From NCBI GenBank assembly GCA_038251535.1, contig JBBSBF010000002.1:2220-66219 (forward strand): a DNA stretch of 64,000 nucleotides, written 5' to 3'. Below the pieces are notes generated by a model that had not been told where the DNA came from, did no database searches, and was given only the letters and a program-made list of their open reading frames with translations. The translations under genes and the position numbers were made by a program. Numbering within the stretch: position 1 is the first letter of the stretch; every line of letters begins with the position of its first letter. Shown here in pieces: positions 1-9,632 of this stretch. This DNA comes from Minisyncoccia bacterium (GTDB lineage: Bacteria > Patescibacteriota > Minisyncoccia > Phycocordibacterales > UBA9973).

Positions 1-1
1 T

Positions 2-445
2 ATGCAAAAAATAACAAAGACAGAAGAAGAGTGGAAGCGCGAACTCACACCCGAGCAGTACGAGATATTGCGCGGCAAGGGGACAGAGGCTCGCATGAGT
101 AGCGCTCTCTTACATGAAAAAGCAGATGGTACCTATACGTGCATGGCGTGTGGAAACGAACTATTTAAAAGTGATGCCAAGTTCGATAGTGGTACTGGTT
201 GGCCATCATTTGATCAAGCGATTCCTGGAGCTGTCGAAGAAGTTGTTGATGAAAGCAATGGTATGAAGCGCACCGAAGTCGTCTGTGCACAGTGCGGCTC
301 CCACCTCGGACATGTGTTCAACGATGGTCCGACAGCAACAGGACAGCGCTACTGTTTGAACGGAGTCTGTCTAGGGCTTACCCCTGATGGTACTCCAAGA
401 GCAAAACAAATGGATGAAGGCGAAGCAAAGGAAGGGAACTGGTAG
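2..445 (+). CDS. msrB: peptide-methionine (R)-S-oxide reductase MsrB
   Basis: SelR/MsrB signatures are present: GWPSF, two CxxC pairs (CMACGNELF / CAQCGSHLGHVFNDGP) and RYCLNG. Length is 147 aa. Confidence 0.88.
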   Translation: MQKITKTEEEWKRELTPEQYEILRGKGTEARMSSALLHEKADGTYTCMACGNELFKSDAKFDSGTGWPSFDQAIPGAVEEVVDESNGMKRTEVVCAQCGSHLGHVFNDGPTATGQRYCLNGVCLGLTPDGTPRAKQMDEGEAKEGNW

Positions 446-454
446 CAATTTTAG

Positions 455-482
455 TTGACAAATATAATAAATATGCTATAGT
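455..482 (+). promoter_or_regulatory. sigma70-like promoter, TTGACA-16 nt-TATAGT
   Basis: Near-consensus -35 and -10 hexamers with 16-nt spacing, read directly from the sequence upstream of the 532 ORF. Confidence 0.45.
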
Positions 483-531
483 GGTTTTAGTAAAATACCT
501 ATAGTTCATTATAATTTAAAACCGTAAGCAA

Positions 532-1059
532 ATGAAAGAAATTCTTATTTCCAACAAATTCGAACCAACCGAATTCATCGTGTCTACGATTCCAACAGGC
601 AAAACATATATCATAGGCAAAGACAGATCACAGCTAGTTGCCACAAAAGCAGAAGGTGGATTATTTGACTGGTTATATTTTCGTGATATAGAAGGATGGT
701 TTCCAAAATTGAGATTCGATGACACTGAGTCAGTTGTCGGCAAAGTACAACAGTTTAAAAAAGATATTAGATACCGAAATATTATTAGAGAAGGAAAAAA
801 CCTTGGTATCTACCAGCTATATGATCTCGGCACAGCGTTATTGTTGGCCAACCAACTTGTTATCGCGGGCGCTCTCGAAACAGTCGGTGACCGTATCATG
901 ATTAACTTGAAAGAAAGAAACCGTCGTACTCGCTGTCGCCTCGACATAATTCGTCATAAAACTGACGAACCAGGAGTATCAAAAGTAGGGATAGGGATTT
1001 TTCGTATCTATCACAACGATTGGTATTTTAAGAGTAACGGCGTGCTCTTTGGTAATTGA
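532..1059 (+). CDS. hypothetical protein
   Basis: 175-aa ORF lying between a good promoter and a rho-independent terminator. I recognise no motif. Confidence 0.5.
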   Translation: MKEILISNKFEPTEFIVSTIPTGKTYIIGKDRSQLVATKAEGGLFDWLYFRDIEGWFPKLRFDDTESVVGKVQQFKKDIRYRNIIREGKNLGIYQLYDLGTALLLANQLVIAGALETVGDRIMINLKERNRRTRCRLDIIRHKTDEPGVSKVGIGIFRIYHNDWYFKSNGVLFGN

Positions 1060-1089
1060 TACTTTTCACTTTGATTTAAGTTCTTAGAA

Positions 1090-1119
1090 CCTTTGATTTT
1101 TTAATCAGAGGTTTTTTTA
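1090..1119 (+). terminator. rho-independent terminator
   Basis: 9-bp stem (cctttgatt / aatcagagg), loop tttt, then a T7 run. Confidence 0.5.
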
Positions 1120-1160
1120 TTACCTTTATTTTTATACTTCATTCTGCTAAGCTCGTTTGT

Positions 1161-2108
1161 ATGGAGCACACAGAAGAATTTCAAATCTTTCTCTTCTACA
1201 AATATGTCCGCATAGACAATCCGCAAGAAACGCGCGATTGGCTTTTTGCGTTGTGTACCAGGCTTGGAATCAAAGGTCGACTCATTGTCGCAACCGAAGG
1301 AATCAATATCACTTTGGAGGGAAAGGTTCAAAACACCGAAGCCTTCATTATAGAACTCGAAAGAGATGAGCGCTTCCTAAATATTCATTTCAAGCGAAGT
1401 ATTGGCACGGGAGATTCATTCCCAAGGCTTTCAGTGAAAGTCCGTGATGAGATTGTCTCGCTTCACCTCGGCACGTGCGACATCGATCCAAACAGTCTCA
1501 CTGGTACCCATCTCTCGCCGGAAGCATTGCATACTTGGATTGCAGACAAGAAGGAGTTTTATATCATCGACATGCGAAATGCCTACGAGCATGCGGTCGG
1601 GAAATTTAAAGACTCGATTTGTCTTCCTATGAATAACTTTCGCGATTTGCAAAAAGTCGTCAAATCTCTCTCACATGTAAAAAATAAAACAGTACTGACT
1701 GTATGCACTGGTGGTGTACGATGCGAAAAGGCAAGCGGGTATTTATTGAGCCAAGGATTTACTGACGTCTATCAACTTGATGGAGGGATTGTTTCATATA
1801 TGGAAAAGTATCCGAACGAAGACTTTGAAGGCAAGCTGTATGTCTTTGATGGACGGGTTGCAATGGGGTTTTATACTGATGATCCAAAACATGTCGTGAT
1901 TGGCACATGCGAACAGTGTGGTGCGAAATCTGAAAACATCGTCGACTGCCGAAGCGGCACCTGCAATGGACAGTTCATCATTTGTGATGAATGCGAGAAG
2001 GAGCAGCTCGATGAAAAGGGGATTACTTACTGCCCAAAAGGCTGTCAAGGGAAGGTAAAAAGCCCGTTTAGAAAAATAGTACATATAGTCAAAAAAATAT
2101 TTATATAA
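1161..2108 (+). CDS. trhO: rhodanese-domain tRNA uridine(34) hydroxylase TrhO (YceA / UPF0176 family) with a Cys-rich C-terminal tail
   Basis: ATEGINITLEG motif, central rhodanese domain with the active-site loop CTGGVRCEK, and an 8-Cys C-terminal extension. Confidence 0.75.
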   Translation: MEHTEEFQIFLFYKYVRIDNPQETRDWLFALCTRLGIKGRLIVATEGINITLEGKVQNTEAFIIELERDERFLNIHFKRSIGTGDSFPRLSVKVRDEIVSLHLGTCDIDPNSLTGTHLSPEALHTWIADKKEFYIIDMRNAYEHAVGKFKDSICLPMNNFRDLQKVVKSLSHVKNKTVLTVCTGGVRCEKASGYLLSQGFTDVYQLDGGIVSYMEKYPNEDFEGKLYVFDGRVAMGFYTDDPKHVVIGTCEQCGAKSENIVDCRSGTCNGQFIICDECEKEQLDEKGITYCPKGCQGKVKSPFRKIVHIVKKIFI

Positions 2109-2146
2109 AATTGTAAAAACCGTCCAATTTCTGTATAGTTTCTTTA

Positions 2147-2923
2147 ATGGAAATCCCAAAAGGGTCATTGCACCCGATCACACTCATCACCGAAGAAGCA
2201 ATCCGTATACTTACCAATCAAGGCTTTTCTGTTGCGCTCGGTCCAGAACTCGAAGATGAGTGGCACAACTTTGACGCACTCAATGTCGCCCCCGATCACC
2301 CGGCGCGCGATATGCAAGACACCTTTTGGGTGAAGTCAGATGCTACAAAAAGTGATGATACACAACGCTTTGTTATGCGTACGCATACTAGCCCGGTGCA
2401 GATCCGCTATATGGAAACCAACAAACCACCCTTTGCGATCGTCGCACCGGGAAAGGTATTTCGTAATGAGGCTACTGACGCGACCCACGAGATGCAATTT
2501 TACCAACTCGAAGGACTGGTCGTTGCAGAAGGTATTACTGTCGAGCACCTGAAAGGAACACTTCTGTCTTTTTTTAAAGAATTTTTTGGCCCTGATACCG
2601 AGATCCGATTGCGACCAAGTTTTTTTCCGTTCGTTGAGCCGGGATTTGAGGTTGATGTCTTTGTGATCGAAGAGAGCAAAGACCCCGAGCAAGGTCGAGG
2701 GGTAGGTCCTTCGACAGGCTCAGGACAACGCCGTGGGCGTTGGCTTGAAGTATGTGGTGCCGGCATGGTACATCCAAATGTATTTACCAATGTAAAGTAT
2801 GATCCAGCAAAGGTTACTGGATTTGCATTTGGTATGGGTATCGATCGACTGATGATGATCAAGTACGGCATTCCCGATGTTCGTCTAGCCTATCAGGGTG
2901 ATCTTCGGTTTAATCAATTTTAA
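2147..2923 (+). CDS. pheS: phenylalanine--tRNA ligase alpha subunit (catalytic core only, no N-terminal coiled coil)
   Basis: Class II motifs are present (FRNEATDATHEMQFYQLEG, FFPFVEPGFEVDV, GAGMVHPNVF, GFAFGMGIDRL). It overlaps pheT by 26 nt. Confidence 0.9.
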   Translation: MEIPKGSLHPITLITEEAIRILTNQGFSVALGPELEDEWHNFDALNVAPDHPARDMQDTFWVKSDATKSDDTQRFVMRTHTSPVQIRYMETNKPPFAIVAPGKVFRNEATDATHEMQFYQLEGLVVAEGITVEHLKGTLLSFFKEFFGPDTEIRLRPSFFPFVEPGFEVDVFVIEESKDPEQGRGVGPSTGSGQRRGRWLEVCGAGMVHPNVFTNVKYDPAKVTGFAFGMGIDRLMMIKYGIPDVRLAYQGDLRFNQF

Positions 2924-4712
2924 TATGAAGTATTCATACAATTGGTTACAAAAACATATCGAAGAAAAACTTCCTCAACCCGAGATCCTCAAAGAGGCTA
3001 TTATTTTTCATGCATTTGAAGTAGAGAGTACGGAACAAAAAAATAGCGATACTATATTTGATATCAAAGTCTTGCCTGATCGAGCAGGAGATTGTTTGTC
3101 GCACTACGGTATGGCGCGAGAAATTGCAGGACTACTGAAACTAACTTTGAAAGAAAGCAATCTAGACGCACTTCCTGATGGAGCACTTATTCTTCCGGTG
3201 GATATAAAGAGTGATCTCTGTCGGCGGTATATAGCAATCCAAATGAACGAGGTGACTGTTGGCCCTTCGCCATCATGGCTTATAGATGCGCTCCAGAGTA
3301 TCGGACAAAAAAGTATCAACAACATTGTCGATGCGACAAACTACATCCTTTTTGATACTGGACAACCCACTCATGCATTTGATGCTGCAAAAGTAGATGG
3401 CGGGATCACTGTGCGACTCGCGCATGACAAAGAAACGATTATTACACTTTCAGAAGAAAATAAATCGCTTTCTCCCGACATGCTCGTTATTACTGACTAT
3501 CTTGGAGCGATCGCAATTGCTGGAGTGAAGGGAGGAAAGACTGCTGAAATTTCGACCAGTGGAACACCGACGACTTCTGTGATTCTTGAAGTAGCAAATT
3601 TTGATCCGACGAGTGTCCGTAAAACTGCACGATCCCTTGGTCTCGCAACTGATGCCTCAAAACGATTTGAAAACAATCTCTCTCCAGAGATCGCATACGA
3701 CGCAGCCTCACAGTTAGTTTCATTGATCAAAGAAATTGCAGGAGGAGTGGTAGTGGGAGTGAGAGATGTACACGCAGTTCCTCAAAAGCCGCGAAGTATT
3801 TCATTTACTGTTTCAGATATACAGCGGATCCTAGGCCTTGCGATCAACGGATACAATATCGAAGATGTGTTTGATCAATATCGGTACGTGTATACAAAAG
3901 AAGAAGACCAATTTGTACTTACTGTTCCAAATTGGCGTCAAGACATACAGTCTGTTGCAGATATCGCCGAAGAAGTGGGGAGGGTTGTTGGATACGATAA
4001 AGTCCCGACCTGTACACTGCCGATCATGTTTACTCCAAGTCATTCACCAGTGTACGAGCAGATTTGGATGACGAAGTTATGGCTTGCAAGAGAAAGGTAT
4101 CGTGAAGTTATGAACTATACATTTTGCAAAGGTGGTGAAGTTTCCATACTGGCGGGCGCAGCTGATAAAAACACACTTCGAAGCAATCTCTCCGATGCAA
4201 TCAAAGATAGTTTCGAGTTGAATAAAAAAAATGCACCGCTTTTGGGATTGTCTGATATCAAACTTTTTGAAATAGGCACCGTCTTTTTCCTTGATCGAGA
4301 AGAAATCCACGTCGCTACCGTCGATAAAGGATTGATCCAAGAACTACCACTTGATACCTTTATTAAGGAGCGAGAAATATCTTTGGTCGAAGACAATGCT
4401 ACGTCAGCGTTCGCAGAGGGCATGTTTACTCCATGGTCGATATATCCTTTCATTACACGTGACGTTGCAGTATGGATCTCTACATCCGAAGATCAGGCGA
4501 AACTGCACGATATCCTTGCTGTATTTGCCCGAGAGTACTGTATGAGGGAGCCAGTCCTGTTTGATCAATTTACCAAGGGCGACAGAACAAGTGTGGCATA
4601 TCGGCTTGTGTTTCAATCGCCGACTAAAACGCTTACAGACCAAGAAGTAGAATCTTTCATGGAAAAACTGTTGGTAGAAATACGCAATCAGTCCTCTTTT
4701 GAACTTCGGTAG
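2898..4712 (+). CDS. pheT: phenylalanine--tRNA ligase beta subunit (short form, 604 aa)
   Basis: B3/B4 and B5 domain signatures are present (FDIKVLPDRAGDCLSHYGMAREIA; SISFTVSDIQRILGLAINGYNIED), as is the FDAF C-terminal domain. It sits immediately downstream of pheS. Confidence 0.85.
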   Translation: MIFGLINFNMKYSYNWLQKHIEEKLPQPEILKEAIIFHAFEVESTEQKNSDTIFDIKVLPDRAGDCLSHYGMAREIAGLLKLTLKESNLDALPDGALILPVDIKSDLCRRYIAIQMNEVTVGPSPSWLIDALQSIGQKSINNIVDATNYILFDTGQPTHAFDAAKVDGGITVRLAHDKETIITLSEENKSLSPDMLVITDYLGAIAIAGVKGGKTAEISTSGTPTTSVILEVANFDPTSVRKTARSLGLATDASKRFENNLSPEIAYDAASQLVSLIKEIAGGVVVGVRDVHAVPQKPRSISFTVSDIQRILGLAINGYNIEDVFDQYRYVYTKEEDQFVLTVPNWRQDIQSVADIAEEVGRVVGYDKVPTCTLPIMFTPSHSPVYEQIWMTKLWLARERYREVMNYTFCKGGEVSILAGAADKNTLRSNLSDAIKDSFELNKKNAPLLGLSDIKLFEIGTVFFLDREEIHVATVDKGLIQELPLDTFIKEREISLVEDNATSAFAEGMFTPWSIYPFITRDVAVWISTSEDQAKLHDILAVFAREYCMREPVLFDQFTKGDRTSVAYRLVFQSPTKTLTDQEVESFMEKLLVEIRNQSSFELR

Positions 4713-4735
4713 AAACCTTTTACACCGTTGGCTAC

Positions 4736-5284
4736 ATGAGGTATACTGGTCCCATGAAGCATGCAAAAGTAATGATTAGTATCGCAGCACTGGCAGTCAT
4801 CGTAATCCTCGTTGTCGTCAACTCTAGAGGTCGAGTTGACAAGGCCGATACTCAGTTGCCACCACCGGACGCGACCTTGGCGGGACCTCAAGCTCCTATT
4901 CCTGAAAATATGTACGACACAAAAGTACCATTATTAAAAAATCGAACACAATTTAAAGACAATATGAAAATAGAAGTAACAAAAGAAGGCACGGGCGCAT
5001 CTATCACCAACGGACAAACTGCAGTTGTTGATTATGTCGGCAAACTCTCTGACGGTACTATCTTTGATGCAAGTAAAAACCATGGCGATGGATCGTTCTC
5101 TTTTAGCTTAGGGGCTGGTCAGGTAATTAAAGGTTGGGATGAGGGAGTGCTTGATATGAAAGTGGGGGAAAGTCGAACTTTGACCATACCACCAGATCTT
5201 GCATACGGACCAAGTGGGATTCCGCCGGTTATTCCACCAAATGCGACATTGGTGTTTGACGTTACGCTTTTGGGAATTAAATAA
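4736..5284 (+). CDS. FKBP-type peptidyl-prolyl cis-trans isomerase, membrane-anchored
   Basis: N-terminal TM helix, then a FKBP domain (VVDYVGKLSDGTIFDAS...GAGQVIKGWDEGVLDMKVGESRTLTIPPDLAYG). The true start may be MKHAKV at 4754. Confidence 0.85.
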   Translation: MRYTGPMKHAKVMISIAALAVIVILVVVNSRGRVDKADTQLPPPDATLAGPQAPIPENMYDTKVPLLKNRTQFKDNMKIEVTKEGTGASITNGQTAVVDYVGKLSDGTIFDASKNHGDGSFSFSLGAGQVIKGWDEGVLDMKVGESRTLTIPPDLAYGPSGIPPVIPPNATLVFDVTLLGIK

Positions 5285-5298
5285 CGACAATAGAAATT

Positions 5299-6804
5299 AT
5301 GAAACAAACAATAAGGCGATTTTCCTTTCCAGTGTATCGTTGGTGGAAACGGCAATCAAAAACAGTCAAAATAATCCTCGGACTTGTTGTCGCCATCTTC
5401 ATCATCGTGTTGGTAAGTAAAAATAACTCGTCAGCCACCACTTCAATCGAAACGGTAAAACGTCAAAACCTTGTTCGAAGTATTTCAGCAAGTGGTATGG
5501 TTGTTAGTTCGACCGATCTCTCGCTTGGATTTGAACAAAGCAAAAAGATCGCCACAATCCCCGTACATGTTGGCGACACCGTTAAGCAGGGAACAATATT
5601 AGCGACACTTTCAAATGGTACTGAGCGTGCAGCTGTCTCTTCTGCAAAAGGAACGCTCCTTGCTGCACGTGCTCGGTATGAAAAAGTGCTTGACGGGTCT
5701 TCTAACGAAGAAATAAAACTTGCACAGATCCAACTTGATAATGCAAAAAGAACGCAGGCAAACTTTGTTGCGAACGCACGACGCAAGCTCTTCTCAGACA
5801 GTCTTATCGCCGACCCACAAAGTGGCACTAGTGACACTGCTCCAGTTATCACTGGCAACTTTAACGGAGAAGATGAAGGTGAATATCGGATATCTTTTTC
5901 AGCGACGAGTAATAACGATGTTCGGTACAATGGCATCGAACAAGGGACAACTGAGCTCAGTGACTTACCAAAGCCGTTGGGAACAAAAGGTCTGATGATT
6001 GCCTTTTATGGAGCAAACTATAACACCAATAGTAGCTGGAAGGTGTTGATTCCCAATAAAAATAGCACAAACTATACCAACAACCTCAACGCATACCAGG
6101 CAGCCCAGGCGAGTGCAGATGCAGCTATTGCCGAAGCACAAGCCAAACTCGATATCACTCGAGCGACCGCTCGGCAACCTGATATCGATGCAGCCCTTGC
6201 TGATATGGTAACTGCACAGGCGGGAGTAGATACTGCAAATGCAGTTCTAGAAAAAACGATACTCCGCGCTCCAGCTGACGGCACGATCACAGCAGTAAAC
6301 GTAAAGGTTGGAGAAATACCTCAGCTCGACAAGATCGCCATTGCACTCCAGGATGTATCAAACCTATACCTTGAAGCAAATGTAAATGAAAGCAATATCA
6401 AGAGCGTTCTCATTGGACAACCAGTTTCTGTTACTTTCGATGCGTTTCCTGGTGATACGTACCACGCCAGCGTTTCTTCTATTGACCCTGCTGCGACGAT
6501 TGAAAATAACGTCGTCAACTACAAAGTTAAGGCACTTTTGACTGACACTGCAGGAATCAAGCCAGGTATGACGGCAAATATGGTTATCAAAACAGCAGAA
6601 TTATTTAGCATACTTGTACTACCAAATCGTGTGATCGATACAAAGGATGGTATACAGAGTGTATTACTTGTTACTGATGAACGACACGACAAGGCGGTCG
6701 AAAAACCGGTAACGATCGGACTAAAGGGGGATGGGGATATGGTCGAAATACAAAGTGGATTGTCCGAAGGTGATCGGGTTAAATGGATAGCGAAAACAAA
6801 ATAA
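5299..6804 (+). CDS. HlyD-family periplasmic adaptor (membrane fusion protein) of an ABC-type efflux system
   Basis: N-terminal TM, a lipoyl/beta-hairpin motif (IPVHVGDTVKQGTILATL), coiled-coil segments, and an ILRAPADGTITAVNVKVGE beta-barrel motif. It is directly followed by the FtsX permease and the ABC ATPase. Confidence 0.75.
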   Translation: MKQTIRRFSFPVYRWWKRQSKTVKIILGLVVAIFIIVLVSKNNSSATTSIETVKRQNLVRSISASGMVVSSTDLSLGFEQSKKIATIPVHVGDTVKQGTILATLSNGTERAAVSSAKGTLLAARARYEKVLDGSSNEEIKLAQIQLDNAKRTQANFVANARRKLFSDSLIADPQSGTSDTAPVITGNFNGEDEGEYRISFSATSNNDVRYNGIEQGTTELSDLPKPLGTKGLMIAFYGANYNTNSSWKVLIPNKNSTNYTNNLNAYQAAQASADAAIAEAQAKLDITRATARQPDIDAALADMVTAQAGVDTANAVLEKTILRAPADGTITAVNVKVGEIPQLDKIAIALQDVSNLYLEANVNESNIKSVLIGQPVSVTFDAFPGDTYHASVSSIDPAATIENNVVNYKVKALLTDTAGIKPGMTANMVIKTAELFSILVLPNRVIDTKDGIQSVLLVTDERHDKAVEKPVTIGLKGDGDMVEIQSGLSEGDRVKWIAKTK

Positions 6805-6808
6805 AAAA

Positions 6809-8086
6809 ATGGTTCAGAAAAAAAGCAGTTGGGTAAAAATAAAAACCGATAGCACTGTAGGGATGTTTTTGGCGAAGCGTGATATTAAGCGGGCTAACCC
6901 ATGGACGACAATCCTTATCGTTTTTGTCATGCTCCTTACCTTTCTGAACCTTGTCGTTGTGTCGGGGATATTGGTTGGATTGATCGAAGGCTCAGTGAGT
7001 GCAGATGAAAGGTATTCTTCGGGTGATATATTGATATCCCCATTTCTAAACAAGTCCTATATCGAACAGACCCCCGAGGTTGTCGCGACTGCAAAAACAG
7101 TGCAGGGGTTTCAGGCACTCGCCGTGAGATACACTGCAGGTGCACGTGTTGAGTCAAATTATCGAACAACGATTCGACCGGATGAATTGCGCGACGGTGC
7201 GGGCGCGTCGTTATTGGGGATTGATCCCACAGTTGAACATGCATTTTCAGGTGTCGATAAGTTTATTATCGAAGGATCGTTTTTAGAACCAGGGGATAGT
7301 GATAGTGTCGTACTCGGTAAAAACCTCTTGTATAAATATACTCCGATTGAAGCTCCTGGGTTTCAGACACTCAAAGATGTTTCGATTGGATCTCAAATCA
7401 AAATTACTATTGGGGATGTGCAAAAAGAGTACTATGTGAAAGGTATTATTTCGAGTAAGGTCGATACGTTTGATGGATCGGTGATCATGCTTGATAGTGA
7501 AGCGCGAAAGCTTATTGGGCGTTCGGATTATAATGCAAATCAAATTGCGATTCGCCTTGTTCCAGGGACCGATCCAGTCGTTGCAAAGGCGATGTTGTTA
7601 GAAAGCGGTGCTGGTCAGTACGGACGAGTACAGACCCACGATGAAGCATTGCCCAAATTCCTCAAAGACATCCAAGCGACATTTGCCATACTGGGAAATG
7701 CGATTAGTTCTATCGGGCTTGTCGTGGCGGCAATCACGATATTTATCGTTATCTTCGTCAATGCGATTACACGCAGGCGGTATATTGGTATTTTAAAAGG
7801 TATTGGGATTACGCCTCGAGCAATTGCTATTTCGTACATTGTGCAATCTATTTTTTATGCTCTCGCAGGTTCTATCATCGGTATTGTTGTAGTGTTTGCA
7901 GTATTGAAACCGCTTTTTGTCGCGCATCCGATTGATTTTCCTTTTTCTGACGGGATTCTCGTTGCGACAGTACCAGGAACGTTGGCGCGTACGGCGATAT
8001 TACTCATTGCGACTATCGTTGCCGGATATATTCCCGCTCGAATTGTCATTAAACAAAATACGCTTAGTGCGATTTTAGGAAGATAA
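6809..8086 (+). CDS. ABC transporter permease, FtsX/MacB family
   Basis: One N-terminal TM, a large extracytoplasmic domain and three C-terminal TMs. Lies between the adaptor and the ATPase. Confidence 0.75.
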   Translation: MVQKKSSWVKIKTDSTVGMFLAKRDIKRANPWTTILIVFVMLLTFLNLVVVSGILVGLIEGSVSADERYSSGDILISPFLNKSYIEQTPEVVATAKTVQGFQALAVRYTAGARVESNYRTTIRPDELRDGAGASLLGIDPTVEHAFSGVDKFIIEGSFLEPGDSDSVVLGKNLLYKYTPIEAPGFQTLKDVSIGSQIKITIGDVQKEYYVKGIISSKVDTFDGSVIMLDSEARKLIGRSDYNANQIAIRLVPGTDPVVAKAMLLESGAGQYGRVQTHDEALPKFLKDIQATFAILGNAISSIGLVVAAITIFIVIFVNAITRRRYIGILKGIGITPRAIAISYIVQSIFYALAGSIIGIVVVFAVLKPLFVAHPIDFPFSDGILVATVPGTLARTAILLIATIVAGYIPARIVIKQNTLSAILGR

Positions 8087-8088
8087 TT

Positions 8089-8763
8089 ATGATTACTGTT
8101 AGCAATTTATTCAAAATATTTAAAAGCGGAGAGCAAGTTATTAAGGCCGTAAATGATATTTCATTTACGGTACCTGATGGTCAGTTTGTGGCGATTACGG
8201 GTCGATCCGGTTCTGGTAAATCGACTCTTTTGTATCAACTGGGTCTTCTCGATCGTCCAACGAGCGGCACAATCTTTCTTGATGATAGAGACATTACTGC
8301 GCTCTCTGATAAAGAACAGATTACGCTCCGTCTACACTCACTCGGTTATATTTTTCAAGACTATGCCATATTGCCAAGTTTGACTGCGCTTGAAAATGTC
8401 ATAGTACCTCTTTTGATGCAAGGACTAGACCAAAAAACTGCAACAAAGAAAGCAACGACAGCACTAAAGCGCATTGGGCTCGGGGATCGATTACACAACC
8501 TACCCGGGCAGCTTTCTGGTGGGCAACAGCAGCGCGTCTCCATCGCTCGAGCGATCGGCCATGATCCAAAGATTGTCTTTGCTGATGAACCAACTGCAAA
8601 CCTTGATTCTGAAACTTCGCAAAACGTGCTCGATGCATTTCTTGAGCTAAACAAAGAAGGCCAGACGATCATTATGGTTACCCACGAACCAGAGTACGCA
8701 GCGCTTACTCACCGAGTCATTACACTTGATGACGGCAAGCTCGTTTCAGATGTTATGAACTAA
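8089..8763 (+). CDS. ABC transporter ATP-binding protein (MacB/LolD-like)
   Basis: Walker A (GRSGSGKST), ABC signature (LSGGQQQRVSIARA) and Walker B (IVFADEPTANLD). Confidence 0.9.
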   Translation: MITVSNLFKIFKSGEQVIKAVNDISFTVPDGQFVAITGRSGSGKSTLLYQLGLLDRPTSGTIFLDDRDITALSDKEQITLRLHSLGYIFQDYAILPSLTALENVIVPLLMQGLDQKTATKKATTALKRIGLGDRLHNLPGQLSGGQQQRVSIARAIGHDPKIVFADEPTANLDSETSQNVLDAFLELNKEGQTIIMVTHEPEYAALTHRVITLDDGKLVSDVMN

Positions 8764-8822
8764 GCTAAAAACTGCATCATTGCGTTTTTGCCCAAATTCT
8801 AAAGGCGAGCTATACTACTGCC

Positions 8823-9623
8823 ATGACTACATTTATCGAAAAATACCAAAACATTATTATTCGAATCATCGTTGGGGTTGGCATACTACTATCACTGTTT
8901 CTCCTTACTGCAACACTTATCAAAATGAAGGAGTATCGATTTGTCGGTACTGGAGTTTCTGCGACAAATACTATTACAGTAAGCGGAACAGGGAAGATTG
9001 ACCGTGCTCCTGATACTGCAAAAATTTCATTTACGATACAGGACGAACAAAAAGACCTCAAAACAGCACAGGATAATGTAAGCAAGAAAATCGATACCGT
9101 AACAAAGCAATTAAAAACGATCGGCATTGATGAAAAATACATCAAGACTGATTCGTACAATTCGTACCCTCAGTATGATTATGTCAACACAATCCGATGT
9201 ATCACGACACCGTGTCCAACAAACAGCACTCCAGTGCTTCGTGGATATCAGGTGTCACACAACGTAACCATAAGTGTGAAAGCACTCGACAGTGTCCCAA
9301 AGGTGCTTGGAGTATTGGGAGACAATACCGTGACCAATATTTCAGGACCAAACTTTGGCTTTGAAGACGACAAGGCAATCGCACGAGAGGCGCGTGATAT
9401 GGCGATAGATGACGCAAAAAGTGAGGCACAAAAGTTGGCAAAATCTCTCGGAGTACACCTCGTGCGCATCGTGTCATTTAGCGACAATAATGGCGGTGGA
9501 TATCCAGTACCAATGTATGCGGCAAAAGATAGCATGATGGCAACGAGTGCTTCCGCACCGAGCCTTCCAGTTGGAGAGCAAAACATCCAATCAACCGTAA
9601 CGTTGGTGTACGAAATACAGTAA
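8823..9623 (+). CDS. SIMPL-domain (DUF541 / YggE-like) protein, membrane-anchored
   Basis: N-terminal TM, then the SIMPL pattern (ISFTIQDE...KDLKTAQDNVSKKIDTVTKQLKTIGIDEKYIKT ... GYQVSHNVTISV ... DDAKSEAQKLAKSLGV). Confidence 0.7.
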   Translation: MTTFIEKYQNIIIRIIVGVGILLSLFLLTATLIKMKEYRFVGTGVSATNTITVSGTGKIDRAPDTAKISFTIQDEQKDLKTAQDNVSKKIDTVTKQLKTIGIDEKYIKTDSYNSYPQYDYVNTIRCITTPCPTNSTPVLRGYQVSHNVTISVKALDSVPKVLGVLGDNTVTNISGPNFGFEDDKAIAREARDMAIDDAKSEAQKLAKSLGVHLVRIVSFSDNNGGGYPVPMYAAKDSMMATSASAPSLPVGEQNIQSTVTLVYEIQ

Positions 9624-9632
9624 GACGTTCGT

